Below are positions 40,227 through 52,908 of a DNA stretch of 64,000 bases, piece after piece. Positions within the stretch are counted from its first letter, which is position 1. Each line of letters opens with the position of its first letter. Origin of the DNA: Auanema rhodensis (taxonomy: Eukaryota > Animalia > Nematoda); assembly GCA_964057225.1 (NCBI GenBank), contig OZ059896.1, positions 17,112,001-17,176,000 on the forward strand, read 5' to 3'. Below the pieces are notes generated by a model, which saw only the letters and a list, made by a program, of their open reading frames with translations, was not told the origin of the DNA and did no database searches. The position numbers and the translations under genes were made by a program.

Positions 40227-41774
40227 ATGCGGATCGTATTTCCATTTCTTTTTCTTGTCATAGACAAGACTCTTGGTTTTCTCGATGGAGCTTGGTGGTA
40301 AGTTATTCAGCTTCTCAATTTATTTATTTTATTCATCTTGGCTTAAATCTGATTTTAAGGACATCCATGGCTCAATTGTCAACTTCAGTTGGTGGTCAGA
40401 ATATGAAACCTATGTGTTCATATTTAGCTGGATTATCACCCGGACAAGCTAGGATATGTGAAATTTTTAAAGATCATATGCCAGCAGTAGGACAAGGAGC
40501 AAATTTAGCAATTCAGGTACAATTGTATAGAATAATATGATGTAATTAATATTTTATTTTCATAGGAATGTCAGCATCAGTTTCATTTACATCGTTGGAA
40601 CTGTTCAATACCCGAAGATGCTAGTTTAATAGGCCCAATTCATAAGAAAGGTGATTATTGTATAAATTAAAATTGTAAATACTCATGCATTTTAGGTACC
40701 AAAGAAGCTGCTTTTACATTTGCCATATTATCAGCTGGTGTAACACATGAAATCGGACGTCGCTGTAAACAAGGTGCGATGAATAACTTTTATCAGTAAT
40801 ATAACTAATCTTGTGAATATTCTAGGTCTTCTTTCATCTTGTGGATGTTCTGAAGATGCACGTCCAAAGAATATGGCTCAAGATTGGACATGGGGCGGAT
40901 GTGGTGATAATGTGGATTATGGATATCGATTTGCTAAGTAAGCTCAATTATTAAGTTGAGATAACCAGAACACTTTGTTTCAGAGATTTTATTGATATTC
41001 GTGAGAAAGAGAAAGATCCTAAAAGAGATCATGATCAGGGACGTTCACTGATGAATCGTAGAAATAATGAAGCTGGGCGAAAGGTTAGGGATTCTCGAAA
41101 GCAGCTTCGTCAAGTGATGAATCGAAACATTTCAGATCCTCAAGAGACACACAGCCCCGAAATGCAAGTGTCATGGAGTCTCGGGCTCTTGCAGTTTAAA
41201 AACTTGTTGGATGCAACTGCCTAGCATGAGACAAGTTGGAAATATTTTGCAAAACAAGTACAAGAATGCTATTCGAGTTCAAGTAAGCATAACCTATTTC
41301 AAATATTATGACAAATACATATCTTTATAGGTTAATTCACGTGGTAATTTACAATTAGTATCAGGGGAGGATCAGAAATCCACTAATGCAAAGAGAAAAA
41401 CACGAGCTTTACCAACAGACCTGGTATACTTGGATGATTCACCCGATTACTGTAGACATGATATCGTATCAGGCACATTGGGAACTGAAGGAAGAGTTTG
41501 CAAGTAAGTTTTTTTAGTTATTTGTACAGAGAAAAGAATCTAATTTTACTTCTTTTTTTTTTGAAATAAAAAAAAAAGATAAAATAATTATTTTGTTTTT
41601 TTCTTTAGAAGAAATTCCGATGGCCCAGACGGTTGTGACTCCTTATGCTGTGGTCGTGGCTATAATACATACACTCAGGAAACTAAGACAAAATGCAATT
41701 GCAAATTCGAATGGTGCTGCAAAGTTGTCTGCCAGACTTGTACCCAAATAACCGAAGTTGATATCTGTAAATAA
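40227..41774 (+). CDS. cwn-2: Wnt ligand, Wnt5 class
   Basis: Nine exons. Signal peptide [17 protein letters not shown], then [46 protein letters not shown] (lipidated Ser motif), CCGRGYN and [17 protein letters not shown]. Confidence 0.95.
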
Positions 41775-42809
41775 TTCTTATCTTCTACCCCGTCTGTCTT
41801 TGAAAGAAAAACAAGAATTTGGCGAAATGTCCTTCAAGTTGTCGCACCATCATTATCTAGCCCGCCGTAATCCTAATCCTCTATCTATATCCAAGCCTTC
41901 CATAACCATACCCGAAGTGAGATTTACTAAAGTATTGTTTTTGCTCTTCAAAACATGGACATATTTCCTGGACAAAGAACTCACATAGTCTGTTTGTTAA
42001 TTGTTACTAGCAAAGTACAACGTTGTCAAACTTATATTCATCATTTTCTAGTTTTATGTTTAGATTAGCAATGAGTATTTTTGATTAATAAGCATGATAT
42101 ACAGGGAAAGAATTCCATTAATTCCGAAAGCTTCATCTGATTTTTTTTTCTCATTTCAAGCCCATGTCCGTCTTCTTCATTACACATTATTATGTTTGTG
42201 TCCCTGGTCTGTTGAGGAACAAAAAAAGTCGTATTAATAGTATTAATGATTTGATAATTATGTGAATATCTACTTTTCTCAAGTTTTTTTGCTTACAGTA
42301 TTATTTCTAATTTTCAAGAATTTCATTTGTTCTCCAAGGACCTCGTTTTACCTGCTTTATGCATTCGTTGCGCTTCATACACAAAGATTTCTAGCTTATA
42401 CATGTTTTTACATGTTTTGTGAATAATAATTAAACTATTTATATTATAAAAAGTTATTTTTTAATAATAATAATATATCTAAAATAATTATAATTGATTA
42501 CATTGAAACAAAAAAAAACAAATCTGCTCTTACAACATATCGGATTTACAATTGTATCCAAATACGGAAGGTGATTCATTTTCCATTTTAGATGTTTGAT
42601 TGATGTTTGGTCCTGTATAAATTCAGGAGCGAATAGTGGCCAGCACAGACATTATATGGAAATATGAACTTAACAGGAAATTCATAAAGATTATTCAAAT
42701 AGCTAGACTTTTGATACAACACGACGAGGACAAAAATAATATTCATGACAATGATAATATTGATGATGATAAGGATGATGAGTCAAAAGATCATTTGATC
42801 AGTCGCATC

Positions 42810-43506
42810 TCATTGTGCATGAGTCCGTTGATCATACTTATCCAAATAAACTCGTACTTCTACTGGCTCTGTTTCAGTTGGTTGTGGTTCTTTACGAACT
42901 TTTTCAATGACGTTCACAACATCGGATAATTTTTCTGAAACAATATTAGGAATAACATGTTTTATTAGTAAAATATACCATTGCTTATCTCATTTATCCA
43001 TATATCAGCTATTTTCTTTTGTTTCATAACACAGTCTGAGTGAAATGATCGGCCATCTATGTACTTATCCACCATGTCTCCATTTCCTCTTTTTACTAAA
43101 TTTTAATTATATTTTTATCAAAATAATTTTTAAATTTACATAAGTTGGATAAACGAATATCAGCATCAATATCCAAAAATACTTTAACATCTAACATATC
43201 CTTGAAGCGCGGATCATCTAGTACAGTCAAGCCGTGATATATTACACAATCTCCTGCCGGTACATCATAATAGCCTCAAAAAAATCATGTTTGAAATGAA
43301 TCATGAAAATATGAAATTAATTTTAAAGAATACCCCGTGCAGAAGAAACCTTGATTGGCACAGCCTTTAGTTTTTTTTGTGCTAATCGTGAAGCTAGCTT
43401 CTGGGCAAACAGATTCTGAAAACAAATAACAGTCTTAGAGCAGAAGTACAAATTTTACTTTGCCACTTGCAATGCCACCAGCAATACCAACAAAGACTGT
43501 ATTCAT
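42810..43506 (-). CDS. Uridine/cytidine-kinase-like protein, 168 aa, internally deleted
   Basis: Five phase-consistent exons (43459-43506, 43334-43415, 43140-43274, 42979-43095, 42810-42934). They encode VGIAGGIASGK, VIYHGLTVLDDPRFKDMLDVKVFLDIDADIRLS and KKIADIWI, all resembling uridine kinase segments. The last exon is less certain. Confidence 0.75.
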
Positions 43507-44160
43507 CTAAAACAAACTATTTTCAAAAATCGTAAAACAAGATTTATGCGTAGAGAAAGGGCGTGTGTGAGAGAGAGAGAAAAAAATCAAAAAGTTCCAA
43601 TAGTATGTAGCAATGAGAGCATACACGTGGTGCGTTTCGTTCATAGTCTGCTCGACTAGGAAATACTTACTTGAAGAAAGTTAAGCTCGAAGTAGAATTC
43701 TAATTGAAATGTTGAAAACAAATGAATTAAATTTACTATATACCAAATCAAAACAAATAGATGAAGCTTTGATTGCCTATTTAGATTAACGAAAGAATCA
43801 TCAAGCAGATAGATAGTGAGGAGAAGCAGCCAGACAACGGCAACGATTTGGTATTTACCCCTTTTGCTCTTGGAACATCCATGCTTTCATCGTTTTCTAC
43901 TCTTTTGTTCTCTCTCTATCTTCATCAGTCTTCTTTTTCTCTCATCCTACAATCTTCTCTAGTTTAACCTTTTTCTCTCCTTATGTCTTCTCCAGGCTCT
44001 ATGTGATTGTAGAAAACCAATTAGCTGAACGAATTCCCTTAAGGCGATTCATCTACTTCACGAACGACGGTTGTCCATTTCAGTTAATGAAAATTCTTCT
44101 TTTCTAACCTTTAAACTACTGAATATACATGCATATTATGAACAATTAAGCCATTACTTC

Positions 44161-44232
44161 GAACATTCAGTGTCCATTGTGGCTACATTGGATAGCTCGT
44201 CCAACCTAGCCACAATAGACATCGATACACTC
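44161..44232 (-). ncRNA. Candidate pre-miRNA hairpin
   Basis: 72-nt fold-back with a perfect 10-bp core ATTGTGGCTA/TAGCCACAAT and a 7-nt loop. It forms about 30 bp on the minus strand, where mismatches become G-U pairs. Confidence 0.5.
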
Positions 44233-45080
44233 AGGCCACATGACGTGAACTTTTCTGTATCATTTCACTTTATCTTGTGCCATCTTCTTTTTCTTGAGTT
44301 CGTAATTAGTCTCAAAACAGACATCGAAGATTATACACTCTTCTTCTTGAGAAGGGCTTCCTTCTAATTTAAACGGAATACAATGAAAAGAACATATTCA
44401 TTAGGCAACAACTACATGATTTACGTGTTTCATTCAACACGGACCTTATACAATTTTATTTTTAATTTCACTTTGAATCGGTTGCAGTTCAATTTTAAAA
44501 TTTTAAACAAAACAATTAGCTTAGTAATAAACCTTGTGTTCGATCCTATTTTTACCATATAAATATTCATATATTCATATATACTTAAATATACAATTAA
44601 AAAAAAGATATAGAGAACAAAAAAAGGACAAATCAAATGTAAAAAGGCATTAACGAAGAATTTAAATAATTCATTTTTAAGTATGAATGTTCATTCCATT
44701 TAAGTCATGAACAAGCAATCATATATTTAATTGTAATGTAAATTATAATGCTTCAGACGTTATATATTTCAGATATAAAAGATAAAAATGTTGAAATTAT
44801 GATTTGAGTTGATAAAAAACAAAAAAAACTTTCTCTAATTTCTGTATTTCATGCAGTTATTAACTTATCTAGTTCAAACTAATCAAATTTGCTATTTGAA
44901 CATTGTCCCGTCTTATAGAACGTTCAAATATTATATATTTGCTGCATTTGCTCAAGAAAACTTTTAATATAAACGTTTATTGAATGTATATACATCGGGA
45001 TTTATAATAGAATCTGTCGTTTTCTCTGTTTCTTTTTTGAATTCATGAATTTAAGAAAGCATTCCTATATCAGTATTAAC

Positions 45081-45831
45081 TTAGGTAAGGAAGACGTAGC
45101 AGTTGTGAGAACGGTTTCCTTCAACGCAATATCTGAAGATATGAACATTTTGCTCGATTTTACGTTTGAGTTTTAATTACTTGTGTGAATCAGCTTGATA
45201 AGTGACTGTTCCATCAACACAAAGAACGGTGAAGGCGTCGTCAGGATAGACAGAACTCAACTCCTCATAGATAGCTGATTTTACAGCCATGGCAGAGGTA
45301 CCATTAAGATGCTGAAAAAAAAAATGGTTTAGATAAAGAAAAAAAATAATATTAATGTGTGTGTGTTTTTATAATATTGATTACCTTCTTGATAACTTCA
45401 CTAATCTCTAAACTGTTACATTGACCACTGAGACTGTCACCATGCTCCACTTTGCTAGCCTCGCCTCGTACGTGTCCAATCTCTCTCTTCTTTCTAAAAA
45501 ATAAATTAAATAGAAAATATTTGCAATCCGATAGGAAAATTGCACAACTACTAAATAAAACAGAGTGTGCTTACCTGCCACCACAGCCTCCTCCACATCC
45601 GCCGCAACATCTGAAAGAAAACGAGTTAATTTCCATTTTTTTTCATAATTTTTCGGTAATAACAAAGTTCCAAAAAATGACTCACGGTGGTGGTGGAGGT
45701 GGAGCACAGCAACACGATTGCTGCTGTTGTTGGCAGCAGCAGCTATCTCCACCACTTGATGGGAAGAAGAAGGCTTCGACGACATATAGTGAAAGCAAAG
45801 ATACAAATACAATCTTTGTGAATGATGTCAT
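45081..45831 (-). CDS. Ground-like (hedgehog-related grl family) secreted protein
   Basis: Five exons: signal peptide, Cys/Gly/Pro/Gln-rich segment (CCCQQQQQSCCCAPPPPPPCCGGCGGGCGG), RKKRE dibasic site, then a ground-like domain (QCNSLEISEVIKK..FTVLC..YCVEGNRSHNCYVF). Confidence 0.88.
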
Positions 45832-46190
45832 GACTAGACGAGTACTTTGAAAAAAAAAGTAAAGTAGATTTACAGAATATTTCCGAATGTATAAACTATA
45901 GCACGAGCAGACCTTATATACATATTCGCTATAAAACAAGTTTATACTCGAGATAATGATGGAAACATGGCTGAACTTGTCTATAAATCCTGTAACCTAA
46001 ATCAAAGTCCGTATCATGGACAATCAAATCAACAATCAAATTAACTTTTCTGTCTAGAATATTTATAAATCATAAAAAAAATCAACACAATAACATAAAG
46101 ATAACCAATTCATTCATATAAACATAAAATACACACAATTGTATGTTTTGTACATATCAAATTGGTAAAACTTGAAAATATTTTCTTCAT

Positions 46191-46744
46191 TTAGTTAATA
46201 CAATCAGTCGTTTCGCCTGTGAACTTATTGCCCAAATTAATAGTTCCAATATCGTAGACCTTAGATGGATTCTTTCCTTTGCTTACAAATTTATCTGGGA
46301 TGGTAATGCCAAATTTACGGTAGCATAACTAAAAAGTTCATCATATCATCATCAATGATCAAAAGATATAACAAATTCAAAGAATGAACCGGATTAACTT
46401 ACTCCAATGTAGTCGCATTTGTGATAAACATTGACTTTGGGATCAATGGTGGTAATCTCTGTCTTGCTTCCTGACAGTCTGAATTCTCCATTTTCATTAG
46501 TGCGTCCTTCATCCATCTTGACATCTTTCACTGAAACAAATTTGAAAATATTCCCATATATTCAAGAGATAGATAAGGTAAACTTACAGAATTCTTTCTC
46601 ATAAAGCTTCACTTTCACGTTTGAAGCTGGCTTTCCATTACATAATAATCTTCCTTGAACAGCTACTGATTGCTTGCTGCCAATACCAAAAAGGCAGTGG
46701 CAAGAGACAAGAAGAGCGGAGAATACTATCAACGAACGCATCAT
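46191..46744 (-). CDS. Transthyretin-like (ttr family, DUF290) secreted protein
   Basis: Three exons: signal peptide, QSVAVQGRLLCNGKPASNVKVKLYEKE, GEFRLSGS..IDPKVNVYHKC and YDIGTINL..ETTDCIN*. Confidence 0.93.
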
Positions 46745-47244
46745 AGAATGACGAATAACTGAATCAGTTTCAAAGTAGAAATTGGGAGGGAAACCCGAAA
46801 AGTAGCATATATATACTCATTGAAATGCAAACAGACATAAAACCTGACTGTTGTTTTTACCTATGTAAATAAAAGTTTGTTGATATTCTCAACCATTAAC
46901 CAAGGGTTATTTAACTTGAACCTATCAAATAGGTGATTAATCACAGCAAACAGATATCTACAAAATTTTATTAATACGATATTTTATCTTTGATAATAAA
47001 GAGAAAAAACAAAACAACTAACATAACTCGTAAATCCTATTAATCTATCCTACAATTATGCCTCAATGAGCTTCATTATGGCCTTTAAGAAAATGCAGAA
47101 TACAAAGACGCGTAAATGTGCTTGATCATAAAATTATGCAACTTTTCAAATATGATGATTTCGAAAACATAATAATAACTGGGAAAGAGATTATGACAGA
47201 ATTATTAAAAATTGGTATTATACATGCGACTAGTCAATATGCCA

Positions 47245-49023
47245 TTATACGGACATTTCATCACCATACCGGGCCATGTAATACATAAGGAATAAACCAG
47301 TGAAAACACCAATAGATTGCAAGAAAAGGACATACAATCCTCTTTTCAAAGAAACATTCAAAGCCTCTTCCATAGCTTTCCTCATTTCGGGCATCTGAAA
47401 TATTTAGTTTATGACATCATTCAAATGGCGAAAAAACTCACCATACAACCTAACGATATATAAAGAAACATGCCACCAGCCAAAGCAAATGCGTATTGAG
47501 ACGCTGATTCATCCAATTCTCCGATAAAGACACCGATGGCAAACCCTACATAAATATGCACTTATTTTTTTACAGTTGTATACAATACCTATATAACAAG
47601 TTACGGCACTAAGGAGATTGTACAATAGTGCCTGTCTTAATGTCATACCGGCGGCAACCAGAATAGCAACGTCACCTAGATGATTCTTTGATCAAGCTTC
47701 TTGTTAAACTAGGCATACCTAATTCATGGGGGAATTCCTCACAGAGGACAGCAATAGAAATGGATATTCCGGAATGAATAGATTCGGAAAAAGAAGCTCC
47801 AATAGATATTCCATCAATGAAATTGTGGAATCCATCTCCGAAAATAATCATCCATGCAACAGCTGCAATAGCGGAATCTCCGGCCTATAATACAATGAGT
47901 ATATAAATGAAGTTGTAGGTAGACAAATACTTCAAACGTCATCGAGTGATCGTGTACGCAGATGCCATGAGCTTGATCACCCATGGATTTACCAGCAGTT
48001 GTTTCAAGTTGCATCATTTCAATAGCCGCAGCTTCTTCGCATGCTAACTTTGTCTTTAAAAAAATAACTTCTTTATAATGTTTACATTTTCACACCTTTT
48101 CGCATGATCCTTGTTCAACACCGAGAAGAGCAGCACTTCCAACCTTATCTATGGCATGAGTTCCACATTGTTGACGCTTTCTCTACAAAAATATTAAAAC
48201 TGTAATTTTAAACATAAAAAGCAGGAGAAAAAATGCTTGGCTTTTGCAGAAAAAACAAATTCAAAAGCTTGCTGTGTAATAATCAAGAGAACGCAAGAAG
48301 AGAAGAAGCACTAGTAAACTGTAAGAACGACAACTCGGCTAACTAACCTTTCTCATCTCCAAAATAATCTTGATCAGTTTGTCACACATGAAAAATAAAT
48401 ATACTCCCAAAAGAGATGTATGAGCAATATGCAAATAATTGTGTGTCAAGTTTCCGTGTTCATCAACTTCTTCAAGCAGTGATGGATGAGCCTAAAAAAA
48501 AAATTAATTATCATGATTAATTAGCAGAACTTACTTGAGGTAGAAGATGGTAAAAGCTGGAGCCAGAAAGAGATCCTACACCAAGACCAACAAAAAGAGT
48601 AATAACCTAACCAAGAAGCAACGCTTCACATGCCCAACTAATAGATAAACTTACTTGATTATATACATTTTTAGTGAGATATTTCATAACCCCTATGCCT
48701 ACTAGAGCACACATGTTGATAATTGTGACAAAAAGCAGGCCGAGTGACCATACTGAAAAAATTAAGTTAGAATTTAAATTAATAGTTCTTAACAATTGTA
48801 AACACACCTGTGAAAGAAGATGGGCGGTCCTGAAAATGAACCGATGACGCTGTGGTCACATCATACAGGGCCTAATTTAGAATTTATGTAAATTCGATTA
48901 CTGTGCATATATTTAAAATACCTCGGTTGTATTAGATTTAATGATAGCACATAATTGCTCTATTTGGTTCTCGGTCAAATTTGATACAGATGTTGAAGGA
49001 TCCCAAGGAAAATTTAGAACCAT
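47245..49023 (-). CDS. ZIP (SLC39) metal transporter, LIV-1 subfamily, ZIP8/14-type
   Basis: Multi-exon gene with [51 protein letters not shown] (EEXPHE motif typical of ZIP8/14) and [10 protein letters not shown]; ends YGDEMSV*. Confidence 0.92.
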
Positions 49024-49557
49024 AATTATGCTACAAAAGAAAAACGTAATATACATCTAATCAAACAAGAAATAAAACAAAGAATCGAAGGAAAAGCAAG
49101 GAACTCTTCAGAAAACCCAACATGCTTATCCGATGAGGCAAACGTGCGAATCGTAAGATTTTTTGAACATTATATACTGTAACTTCTTACGATTGGAGCG
49201 CGTGATTACGAATAGGGCGTGCTAACCAGAGACGGCGGAAGTTGATAAATACATCAATCTTGTTAAAAAACTATTAATAGATCATTCCAATTCGGTTTTG
49301 ACGGAAGTGAACTTTAATTTTTCAGTTCATTTTTTCTCAAATTTATCTTGTAATAGGACATAAATAGATTCTATGTTATCTTTTACCATACATACCCCCC
49401 CACGTTTTCTAGCCTGGTCGATGAACTTGTCTATGAACTGTGTCTTCTCATCACACAATAATGAAATATTAGTTTTATTTACAAGAAATAATTAGAAGTG
49501 TCAGATGATATGCATATATTTTCACCATAAGAGATCGATAGATTTGAAAATATGCGA

Positions 49558-50360
49558 CTAAGAAGCAAATTTCCATTCTTGCCGACAAAGAGGACATTGA
49601 GGCTTTGGTGTATTTTGAGTTTCTGTCCATTTTACAATACAATGCATGTGGAAAGGATGCCGACATTGTCCCAAAACCTGAAAACTATTATGTTATGATA
49701 AGAAAATACGGTAAGATTAACCAATGGGCAACTGTCTCCAGGCATAATACAATCAACACAGCAAGCTTCGAATGGCATTCTACAAATACCACAAGAATCA
49801 TCGCCACTCTCTGCCCACTTCCATTCGGCTGTTATCTAAATGAAACAGAGGCCAAAAATATGTTCAAACGTTAAATAAACATACATGAAGTTTATTAACT
49901 CGAATTTTTAGCCTAGTTTTTGTTTCCATATGCACGGGCGATGCCAGTACGACAATGGGAGGGATTGGAGCATTCTGAAATTATAAGACATAATATTATT
50001 CAACGTAGAGTAAAATTGTTTGAATAAATATCCTACAACTTTTTAAATCTCTATAAAACAAGAAAAGAAGAAAAAATGTGAACAATGATTAATTAGAAGC
50101 GAAAATTGAAATTATTTTAAAAAGTACCTCATCATGGTCTTGAGAATCGTCTAGATTTTCCGGATCGTCTTCGCCATACGAGGGAGTGAACTGTGATGTA
50201 TGAGATGAGGAAGTCTTTAGTATATAGCAATAAGAAAACTATTAAAATAAAAACTAACCTCATCACTCGCTACTCTACGATTTACAATTGGCAATGGACT
50301 TGGTTGTCCTCCACTATTTTCGTCATGTTCCTCCATATCAACGTCAGCATTAAATTCCAT
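49558..50360 (-). CDS. apc-11: Anaphase-promoting complex subunit 11 (RING-H2)
   Basis: Five exons: acidic N-terminal extension, then [59 protein letters not shown]. Confidence 0.93.
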
Positions 50361-50621
50361 TCCAGTCGATCTAAAACATAAAGAAAAAATTCATATTATG
50401 CACTAAATATAATGAAAAAGATTTTGAAATAAACAAACTTTAAAGATCCATTAACTAAATTTGATAAGACTTCGTATGTTAATTCAAAGTTCTCAATTTG
50501 GCTCTTGTGTGTACGCTGTTTACAGTTGGGTAGATTCGTCGTATTTTATTCCTTTACAACACATTAAAATACATTGTTTCAATATATTTTACTCATAATT
50601 AATTATTAATAATTATTTTAG
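50361..50621. promoter_or_regulatory. Bidirectional promoter apc-11/tsr-2
   Basis: Divergent ATGs 261 bp apart, each preceded by a TTTTAG acceptor (likely trans-splice site). Confidence 0.65.
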
Positions 50622-51596
50622 ATGGCAACAAATCCCGTGAATCCAGCAGAATGGAGGCAATTTGTTAGTCATGTTCTCTCTGTATGGAGTGGTTATCAAT
50701 TAGGTATTGACTCCAATAGTGGTGGGGATGAAACTAAGTTGAAACATGAAGTAAGTTTATTGATTGCATTTTTTTCAAGATATTGTTTTTTAAATATACT
50801 AAGAAATGGTTTTCGTAGATACATAGATATTTTGTATAATATTTTTTAATATTTAGTTTAACGTTGAAAACATTCACAATGAAAGCTTTTTAGAAAAGCA
50901 AAATCTGATTAATCTACGTTTTCAGTGGTTCATTGATGTTTTGTCTGAACAAATTTACACCACTATTTCAATAAAAGTGGATGACCTGGAAGAATGGATT
51001 ACAAAAATCCTATACCATGATTTCGATCTAATACTGGATGACGATAGTGTATATCCAACGTCATGCCTTCTATTAGAAGCTTTTGGGTAAATATTAATTG
51101 AATTTGAAATCAGACTGATATGGGTTATAGATATTTGAAAAAAAATGATAGAACACGATTCGATCAATTAGTTGCTGGATTACCGTCTCTTAAAGTCATT
51201 CAGGTTAATTTTCTCATGGTTGTAGAAGAGACCAGAGAATAACACTATTACAGGAAGTGAAAAAAACTTCTCAACTAAAAGTGAATGATGATGATGATGA
51301 TGATGAATTGATGGCATTCGAGGAAGGGGAAGAAGATACGGGTGAACCAGGTATTTGAAAATCCTTATATTATTATCATAAATATATTCTAACTTTTTGT
51401 TTTTCTAATATTTTCAATTGTACTCACGCTAATGATGTAGAGTTTTATTACAAGCACTCAAATACAATTGATGTTATATATTTATATATATTTAAATTTT
51501 ATATATCAAACATATTCAGAAGTTGTTGAACGTATAGAACGTCAGCCTAGAATGGTTACAGATGACGATGGATGGACTACAATTGTTAAACGATAA
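50622..51596 (+). CDS. tsr-2: Pre-rRNA processing / eS26 escortin TSR2
   Basis: Five exons: VLSVWSGYQLGIDSNSGG, DDLEEWI..FDLILDDDS, an acidic tract and the TSR2 C-terminal signature DDDGWTTIVKR*. Confidence 0.88.
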
Positions 51597-52241
51597 GAGC
51601 AGAGAGATTTATATTTGGTTGTTGATTTTGTTTGAATTTTTCTTTTTGTTATGTTTTGCTATTTTATCGTTGTCAAGTTCGATCGGACTACGTTGCTAAG
51701 CAATCTGATGAAATGTCCCTCGAGCAAATTTATTATAAATATTGCTATAACACTGATAAAACTAATTCGGGAGTTGAATACTCCGGAACAAGAGGTCTTA
51801 AAACCTTATTATATATCTTTTTCATTATTCTTTTCATTAAACACTTAACTCTTAAGCTTTTTTCACGGTGTTTTGCACATCATGAGCTGCATATAGCTCA
51901 ATATCCTTTTATCTACTTTCATTATGATTATTTATGCAATGAACATGTAGTAATTATTACCGATATCATGTGAATAGCATTTCTATATTGGATAAACGCA
52001 GCTGCCGCAGATGCCTTACATCATTAGCCCTGCCCTCTCATTCTCACTATCTCCTTTTACATCATATTCCTTTTCTTCCGCTTTCCTTCTCGCACCCTCT
52101 CCTGTTGGCTTTCTCTTCTCTTTTTTTACTTGGTTACTTTTACTCTTCTGATCTTTATATATGTTATATCATTTTGCTTATTGATTTGTGTGTTATAGTT
52201 TTATAATACTTATTTAGTTTTTTTGAGATTTTAATACGGAT

Positions 52242-52877
52242 ATGAGTATTTGCTCTGAGATTCGATCTGGGATTGGGCAAGCAACCAAAGAAACACATCA
52301 GTTATGGGAAGAGAATAAAGATCTTCAGGTTTATATTTCACATTTATTTTCTGATGTTATAGTTTTTCAAGGGACGGTTCGTGAATGATTTGGGAGAAAT
52401 TCAAAGGTTACAAGCTTTGGTTCATCAATTTCAAAATGAGCGCAGAGTAGAACAGTTGGAAAATGTTAGTATATTCTTTTTGCTATTTTAATTTCACGCT
52501 TTTCAAGGCGAGAGCATCTCTAACTGAGCACCAACGAAGGGCAGCTGCGGTTTATGACGTTATGAGCCAGAAACGAGCTGAAATGGTTAAAAAATTGAAC
52601 GAGGGAACAGGCCTTGTGGCTCTATTTCAGGTATTAATTATCCGACATCTAAAGAATTAGGAAATTCAATATTTTAGAACCAATTAATTAGTGAAAGGCT
52701 CTTCGACTGGAAGAATAGACAAAAGCTAGCTCAAGTAGGAGTTCCCTTTGAAAACCGTGAAAGCTTATTGGATGAATTACAAATGGAGTATGTTCTTGTT
52801 ATATTTCAAACTTCCGTTTTATAATTATACACCAAATCAAAAAGTTGCAATCTACTACTCTTTTAGTTTCATTTTAC

Positions 52878-52908
<31 letters not shown>

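Noticed and set aside
42810-50360. Five consecutive minus-strand genes as one operon
   Set aside because: Spacers of about 360-1570 bp are longer than the ~100 bp typical of operons, and the ttr and grl genes have their own TATA-like elements.
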